Positions 15,317-20,788 of a DNA stretch of 20,788 nucleotides are shown here, in pieces (positions within the stretch are counted from its first letter, which is position 1; the number at the start of each line of letters is the position of its first letter). The translations under genes were made by a program, and so were the position numbers. The notes under the pieces were generated by a model, which saw only the letters and a program-made list of their open reading frames with translations, made no database searches and had not been told where the DNA came from. The stretch comes from Paramicrosporidium saccamoebae KSL3 (lineage: Eukaryota > Fungi > Cryptomycota): contig MTSL01000207.1 of the NCBI GenBank assembly GCA_002794465.1, forward strand, positions 1 through 20,788, given 5' to 3'.

Positions 15317-16348
15317 TTATTGCGAATCGGATCGAGATTTACGGGCGCGTCTCTCCCTGACTTTGTTGATGCGCAAATGGCGAGTACGTTCCCCATCCAA
15401 AAAGTAGGGATGGGTGATAATGTCTTTCCAATTTCCATTGGCCACAGACCAACGCAGCCGCATCTGTACATGTGACAGCTTACCCACTAAATCATCCACC
15501 AGCCGGTCGCCTGTCCTGGGACAGCCCCGCGCTGCCCGCTCCAACATTCCATCCCGATCTCTGATCCGATCGTACGGATGCACTCCCATGACCATCTCAT
15601 ATAGCACCAATCCTGCCGCATACCAATCAATGCCGTTGTTGTAGGGTTCGCGACGGAGCAGTTCTGGCGCCATGTTCATTAGTGTGCCACATGGAGTACT
15701 CAACATGGCCTCAGTCATAAAGGCGTGGTCATAGTCCACAAGGTACAAGTGGCCCGCTTCCGTCACCATCATGTTCTCTGGTTTGACGTCGCGGTGCATC
15801 ACATTGTTTGCGTGCAGATAGCCCAACACGTTGACAAGCTGTACCATCACCCTCCTAGTTAGACGGGGAAGTAGTCGCTGTTCGTAAATCCAATCAAACA
15901 AATCTCGGGCTTCGGCCAATGTCATGGCCAGCACTGTTTGGCCGTTTTCCTGGAACGAGCAGTACAGTTTCGGAATGGACACATGGTCCAGTCGAGCCAG
16001 GAAGACTTCTTCCGCTCGAATCCGTTTGTACGCTATCGGTCCCTTATCATGCATCACTTTGAGCGCCACAAACATTCCCGAGTCGTGTCGGGCCCGCCAC
16101 ACTTGTCCCCGCGCGCCGCTGCCCAACTTTCGCAGCTTTTGGAAATGCTCCGGACGACAAGTCCGGTTTCGGTACTCGGTAAAGATGAGCTGGTAGTTCC
16201 CTTGTGCATCGCTAAAAGTGTTTTCTGTTGTCAACAGGGCTGTTGTAGAAAGGTCCCGGAGCAGCACACTTTGGCGCTCTCGATCCTTTCCCCACGACAA
16301 GCACGAGGCCGTGGAGCACAGCAATATTAGCCAGAGTCTACTCAACAT
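15317..16348 (-). CDS. K8: signal-peptide-bearing Ser/Thr kinase with a basic NLS-like C-terminal tail, 343 aa
   Basis: ATG at 16348 gives MLSRLWLILLCSTASC. Motifs GSGARGQVW, VALK, HRDVKPEN, DYD, TPCGT, APE, DWY. Tail RTRHLRINKVRERRARKSR. Confidence 0.92.
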   Translation of the reverse strand: MLSRLWLILLCSTASCLSWGKDRERQSVLLRDLSTTALLTTENTFSDAQGNYQLIFTEYRNRTCRPEHFQKLRKLGSGARGQVWRARHDSGMFVALKVMHDKGPIAYKRIRAEEVFLARLDHVSIPKLYCSFQENGQTVLAMTLAEARDLFDWIYEQRLLPRLTRRVMVQLVNVLGYLHANNVMHRDVKPENMMVTEAGHLYLVDYDHAFMTEAMLSTPCGTLMNMAPELLRREPYNNGIDWYAAGLVLYEMVMGVHPYDRIRDRDGMLERAARGCPRTGDRLVDDLVGKLSHVQMRLRWSVANGNWKDIITHPYFLDGERTRHLRINKVRERRARKSRSDSQ

Positions 16349-16722
16349 TGGCTTAAAGGCACGCGCCGCAATTGTCCTCAAGACGTCAACAGTGGCTCTC
16401 ACGGACTCGGCGTTTGAATAACATATCGGTTGCCATTTTAGGAAGCACGCTGTGACGTGGTGGAATGATTGGCGTGAGGTTTGTTGTGGCGGATGCGATG
16501 CCAAGCCAGAGGCACGTATGTGGCCGTAGTCGCGGCAAGTCTACCCACCCAGTAATATGTTTGTAGAGCAAGTCCCCTACTTAATATTTGACACCATACA
16601 ATAACCATCTTAATTATGAAAGAGCCCGTCAGGGACCGCAAGCCAAACTTTTTGGTCGTTTAAAAGTTTCATGATCACATAACAGACCCAGCCCCTCGGT
16701 CGTCATTACAATCCCATAACCA

Positions 16723-16949
16723 TGTCGCGTAGTGGGGATAATACCACGGGCTTTGTCAGGCGGGAAGAGACGAGATGTGACGAGAAGAGAGTTTATTCAG
16801 TCAATCCAACGACCCTTTTATGGTCTCACAAATAACATAATCCTCAAATGGTAAAGATCTCATTATCCTTCATCGATTGTTCTGGTTATCCCTTCTCCAA
16901 ACTAGAGAACTATTTCCAAAAGACATACTAATCAGTCTTCTACGTCACA
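16723..16949 (-). mobile_element. Solo LTR-like element, family 1 (copy C), 227 bp, with 4-bp target-site duplication ACCA
   Basis: Termini TGTGACGTAG...CTACGCGACA form an imperfect inverted repeat (8/10). ACCA lies at 16719-16722 and 16950-16953. On the minus strand a TATA-like CATAAAA is followed by AATAAA (16792-16797). Confidence 0.85.
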
Positions 16950-17045
16950 ACCATATCATATGCATATGCATAACAGACCAAAATTTTGTATTTTAATCCT
17001 TAATCTTTCGGTATTTAATAAAAGTCCCCCTCTGTCTAGTAGGTC

Positions 17046-17051
17046 AAAAAA
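17046..17051 (-). terminator. Pol III oligo-dT terminator of tRNA-Val
   Basis: T6 run immediately 3' of the tRNA on the minus strand. Confidence 0.85.
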
Positions 17052-17125
17052 TGCAACCGCCCGGAATCGAACCGGGTGCCTCGTCCGTGTGAAGGACGCG
17101 TGATAACCGAATACACCACGGTTGC
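17052..17125 (-). tRNA. tRNA-Val(CAC), intronless
   Basis: Acceptor stem GCAACCG/CGGTTGC; anticodon arm CGTCC-TTCACAC-GGACG; T arm CCCGG-TTCGATT-CCGGG; discriminator A. Confidence 0.97.
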
Positions 17126-17203
17126 CTTACAACAGCAGACAGTATATACTATAGATATTATTATAGCTATGCAAAAGTAATATCTGGGTGCATAACCATA
17201 ACA

Positions 17204-17937
17204 ATGCATGAACTACAGCTTCCGGTGCAGAATTGGCTAAAGTTTCTGTCAACTCAGGTGGGCCGAGACAAGGTCTATCGTTTTGTGCAATACTTTGCAC
17301 GCTTCCTGTCGTATCATCTGAAGACGCACACGTCGGCCACAGACTTGGCCACCCGACTCCAAAAGCTCTCGATGGCCATCGGACTTGGTCGAAAACGTAC
17401 CAACGAACCGTTGTTGATGGTAGTGTTTAGGATGGGCAAGCCGTTGGACTTTATGCAGACGGCACTGAAAACGCTAAGTGTGGGAGATGAGGTGGTGCGG
17501 GTGGGAACTATTATGAAATGTACCGGCTACGGCGGCTGGCTGGTCCTGGACATGCTACAGTGGGTAGAGTTGGAAAGAGGTTGATTGTGTAGTTGCAAAC
17601 GTCGGGAGTGATCACTCTGAACAAGGAAACGATGGCATGGATCAACGCTCAGGCCCCGCGTTTATGGCTGTTGGGCATCCTCTCATCGTTGGGCGTAAAT
17701 CTGCACAAGATTCAGAAGAATTTTTCACAGCGTCAATTCCACCTGATGGTGCAAAGCGCCCCTATGGGTCTGGACAAGGAAATGAAAAAGACTACCAAGG
17801 ACACGGTGCAGGATTTGATTGATTTGATTATCCCCATGTCATTACTCGGCTATGTGAATGTGTCATCAGGTACAGTAGGATTGGCGGGATCGATTACTTC
17901 TCTGATGAGTGCTGCCTCTATCTACCCACGCGAATAG
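17204..17937 (+). CDS. PEX11: Peroxisomal biogenesis factor 11, 225 aa; exons 17204-17396, 17424-17563, 17593-17937
   Basis: GRDKVYRFVQYFARF. Removing GT-AG introns 17397-17423 (27 nt) and 17564-17592 (29 nt) restores RKLFRMGK and QWLQTSG and joins the two track ORFs. C-terminal QDLIDLIIP...VGLAGSITS. Confidence 0.92.
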
Positions 17938-18071
17938 CCATTTAAGGGCAATAAATTTGTTGTATTGAGCATTGATTGAGTACTGGGTGTTGTGTCATTT
18001 TGGGACAAGTGTTTATAACGAAAAAATTGCACATCTATCCACGCAAATAACCATTCAAAGGCAATCAATAA

Positions 18072-18728
18072 TTACTGTTGTATTGGATCGTTTCGGGAAA
18101 AGTGTTTATACCAAAATAGCCGCATACGATCCAGACAGGCCTGGGGAGTGTCGAGAGCAGGACGCAGATCAACATTAAATGTCGCTTGACCCTCCTCGGG
18201 ATGCGAGTCGTAATAGTCAATGACGTAGCGTACATTGCATCCGCATCGATCTATTATCCAGTCATGACGATCAAAGGGCGGCAATCCGCCCCGCATACGG
18301 ACGTGCCACCACGCTCGGGGACTCCACTCCTCTGGTCGTCCCGTAAAACGCACCAACTGTGGCCTGCACTGCGGTGCCAATACGGATTCGGTTTTTACCA
18401 CTTCGGCCCAAACGGCCTCATTCAATGCATTATGCACATTGACCATGGACTCGACAGCGTCGGGGGGGACGGGCTTGCCTTTTCTCTGGAGAGCGGCATA
18501 AAACATGCGTGTTGAGGGATATTGCCAGGTGGTTTCTGCATCAGCACGGGGAATGGTGGATTCTTCGCGGACTGTAGAAAGGGTCTCAACTGAGGGGTCG
18601 GTGTATGCTTGCAACGTTTCAGCATAGGGCATATTGTTTGCCGGATTTAGTGTCGCATTGATCGGCGTCTCAATTGGCTGAACGGGACATTCGCCGCTTT
18701 TGCGCGAAACGGGACATTCCTCCAACAT
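18072..18728 (-). CDS. CYC3: Holocytochrome c synthase (cytochrome c heme lyase), 218 aa
   Basis: Two CPV heme-regulatory motifs; NPANNMP; WQYPS; DAVESMVNVHNALNE; PFDRHDW; RYVIDYY; RPALD. ATG at 18728. The CYC3 versus CYT2 assignment is by motif resemblance. Confidence 0.93.
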   Translation of the reverse strand: MLEECPVSRKSGECPVQPIETPINATLNPANNMPYAETLQAYTDPSVETLSTVREESTIPRADAETTWQYPSTRMFYAALQRKGKPVPPDAVESMVNVHNALNEAVWAEVVKTESVLAPQCRPQLVRFTGRPEEWSPRAWWHVRMRGGLPPFDRHDWIIDRCGCNVRYVIDYYDSHPEEGQATFNVDLRPALDTPQACLDRMRLFWYKHFSRNDPIQQ

Positions 18729-18775
18729 ATTAAATGAATTTTCCGTAATCCAGAACTTCAATTGGCCAATACAAC
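18729..18775. promoter_or_regulatory. 47-bp divergent intergenic region containing the palindrome ATTGGCCAAT
   Basis: Lies between the head-to-head ATGs of CYC3 (18728) and the PAF-AH gene (18776). Perfect 10-bp palindrome at 18761-18770. Confidence 0.45.
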
Positions 18776-20130
18776 ATGTTCCGATGGTTCCGGTCGTCTA
18801 GTTCCTCGGCCCTCCCCCGACCCTCTGGTGCATATACAGTAGGCTTTGTGGACTATGAATGGAGTCCGCCGTCCAGCGAAAACGCCACCAACCCGCCCTC
18901 CCATGTTCTTGCGCGGATATATTATCCGTCGCTGCCCGTAGCCAAACACGACCCAGCGGATCCTATAGAATCCGGATGGAGCGGCCGTTCTCATTGGATT
19001 CCCTCTGCTTCTTACTATCCAGGTATGGAATGGGGTAGGGCTGACCATTTAGGGTATGGCTATTACCTAAAGATGCCTTGGTACATCTCCTCGCCGCTCT
19101 TTCGTCTCGTGGCAGGCAACTCGGCTATTTGGGCAGTGGAGAATGCGCCACCGGCCCAGATTGATGAAATGCCCGCCGTGGTGTTCTCACACGGACTTGG
19201 CGGCATCCGCACAACCTATTCCTCCGTCTGTAGTGATCTGGCCAGCCATGGCTATGTGGTGGCGGCTATTGAACATCGGTACTTTGTCAGATGGGACGAG
19301 CCTACAGAATGCTGACATGGCTCGTCCCATGGCTTCTTCGTTGGCTAACTTTTAGGGACGGCAGTGCGTCAATGAGTCAGTTACAAGACGAAACAGTGCT
19401 GCAATATCGCCATCCCCCGTCCAACGACGATGAAGCCCACGAGTTTCGCGCAACACAGCTTTTACATCGGACGCAAGAAGTCAGCGCCACCATTGATCTG
19501 ATGTTGTCCGATGCATTGTCACCAAGTGTCTGGAAACAGACGAGCACCCATGAACCAACAGACCGTGGTGATTTGGTCACTGACCCGCTGTCCCAATTCA
19601 GGGGACGGATCAAAAAGGATTTTGTGGCAATGGCAGGCCATTCCTTTGGCGCAGCCACGGGTTTCCTAGCAGCACAAAAAGACCATCGAATTGGCTCAAT
19701 GTTGGCCTTTGATCCCTGGATGTTCCCTCTTCCCAGCAATTATAACGAAAAGGTCCAACTGCGAGCCCTCCCCACTTTGGTAATCAACTCGTCCACCTTT
19801 CATTGGCCCTCCAATCTTCAATCCCTCGCCATGCTTCTCCAAAGAAACCACGAATTGGGCTCACTGCAATCCATGCAAATTACGCTGAATAGCACAGGCC
19901 ATCTCGACCAATCCGATTTTTCCGCCATCATCCCCGCTTGGATCCGGAACCGATATCGATCTGGAGCCACCGCAGATCCAGTCGATGTGTTGACCACTAA
20001 TGCACAGCTCAATTTCGCCTTTCTAGATCGGATCTTTCAACGCACCCCGAACTCACTGAATCCCTATAGAGATATTTTGTGGAAAGATGCCAAGCCATCC
20101 AGCAAATTTACCGTGGACATTAAACTATAA
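18776..20130 (+). CDS. Platelet-activating factor acetylhydrolase-like alpha/beta hydrolase, 415 aa; exons 18776-19022, 19053-19278, 19356-20130
   Basis: FSHGLGG; SHGYVVAAIEH-RDGS restored by intron 19279-19355 (77 nt, CTAAC branch site); nucleophile motif GHSFG; DPWMFP; GHLDQSDF. Intron 19023-19052 (30 nt, in frame, CTGAC) is inferred. Confidence 0.9.
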
Positions 20131-20429
20131 ACGTGATTCTTGTGAATTGTAAGTAGTGATTCTGTCAAAGTGATAGGGTTAGTTTACTAAAGCGTGTGAC
20201 GCTTTTGTATAGGTTGTAGCCCCCAATGTAACTGGATTGGATTGTGGAATAGCATAAATATCCGAGTTAGCGCTGCCAATCATAAGCGCCATTAACAAGA
20301 CAACTTGCAAAGATTATCGAGTCAATGCATCTCGAAAGACTATAGGACACTACGACCATATTCACCCGGGTCTACTCATTGTTGAGATGGCCATAAGAAG
20401 CTACCGAGAGGTGACCTTTTTCATCATTG

Positions 20430-20498
20430 CTGAGCTGCCCATAGAGTTCATGGAGCGATTTGTGAACACTCGTCCCATGAGCTCTATGGGCAGTTCAG
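20430..20498 (+). repeat. Inverted repeat: 29-bp stem with 11-nt loop
   Basis: Arms 20430-20458 and 20470-20498 give 25 Watson-Crick pairs, 3 G-U wobbles (on a plus-strand RNA) and 1 mismatch. Confidence 0.85.
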
Positions 20499-20788
20499 AG
20501 GGCTTTAAGCTAGAGTGTCTCCACGAGCTGCAACTAAACGACATGAGCAGTTTTGGGGAAATCATCGTCAGTGGTTCGTGGAGTGTGCAATTGTCCTCGG
20601 GAAGTTTTGCGGGGCAGATCACGTGGAGCTGTGTGCCGCCACCAGGTACATTTGGGCCCGGAATATTTTCAGCCTTGAATTGAAGAGAGACCTCACCATG
20701 CTGGCCCTCGGACGGCTTAATCCCGAGCGGGGACAGGGTTTATGCCGGGATCTCCTTGCTCTGTACTCAAAAGATGCTTGGGTGAAGG

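Noticed and set aside
16349-16504. 52-codon N-terminal extension of K8 in the ORF track
   Set aside because: It would bury the signal peptide. ATG 16348 aligns with the starts of the paralogs and the extension has no family similarity.
11245-16949. K5-K8 as cargo of a composite LTR element bounded by direct repeats B and C; the sequence after copy C begins TGG like a primer-binding site
   Set aside because: Copy C has its own ACCA/ACCA TSD, which also explains the TGG. There is no convincing polypurine tract before copy B, no gag/pol remnants, and copy B is truncated. Independent solo LTRs are more parsimonious. It could be revisited by testing TGGTTATGGGA against tRNA 3' ends.
17204-18728. 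Canonical microsporidian origin
   Set aside because: PEX11 and cytochrome c heme lyase imply peroxisomes and respiratory cytochrome c, which canonical microsporidia lack. A less reduced relative or other early-diverging fungus fits better.
89-20012. Many short ORFs in the track antisense to or overlapping the called genes, or inside repeats (e.g. 89-301, 15115-15315, 6200-6421)
   Set aside because: They are shadow ORFs of real genes or chance frames in repeat copies. The peptide similarity between 89-301 and 15115-15315 simply reflects repeat family 2.
20175-20183. CTAACCCTA on the minus strand resembling a telomerase RNA template
   Set aside because: A 9-nt match in any register is expected about once by chance in this much sequence, and no supporting pseudoknot or boundary elements were identified.
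20387-20788. Protein-coding gene at the window end (ORFs 20387-20683 +, 20401-20622 -, and an open + frame from 20509 running off the end)
   Set aside because: No recognisable motif, and the similar peptides on both strands arise from the hairpin. It cannot be resolved without downstream sequence or RNA data.

Overview
Compact eukaryotic genomic DNA, fungal-like. It has tiny GT-AG introns of 27-77 nt, intergenic gaps as short as 15-47 bp, and genes for peroxisomal PEX11 and mitochondrial heme lyase. This combination fits an early-diverging fungus or Rozellomycota-type intracellular parasite such as Paramicrosporidium; that assignment is inference, not an identification. Bases 1-17,000 form an accessory-looking block. 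It holds eight co-oriented, intronless paralogous Ser/Thr kinase genes (here K1-K8) in two arrays of four, each with a predicted N-terminal signal peptide and PKA/AGC-like sequence features. The block also contains two other predicted secreted proteins, a TDA10-like kinase with an internal repeat expansion, and glutathione synthetase. Its intergenic gaps carry two families of short LTR-like repeats (at least 6 and 3 copies). From tRNA-Val(CAC) onward is a dense housekeeping block (PEX11, CYC3, PAF-acetylhydrolase), followed by an unexplained 29-bp hairpin. The headline candidate is an expanded family of secreted effector kinases. They share a cysteine pair, show signs of activation-independent design, and have divergent C-terminal targeting tails (GPI/TM-like in K3, NLS-like in K8). 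No database searches or predictors were run; all calls come from reading motifs by eye.
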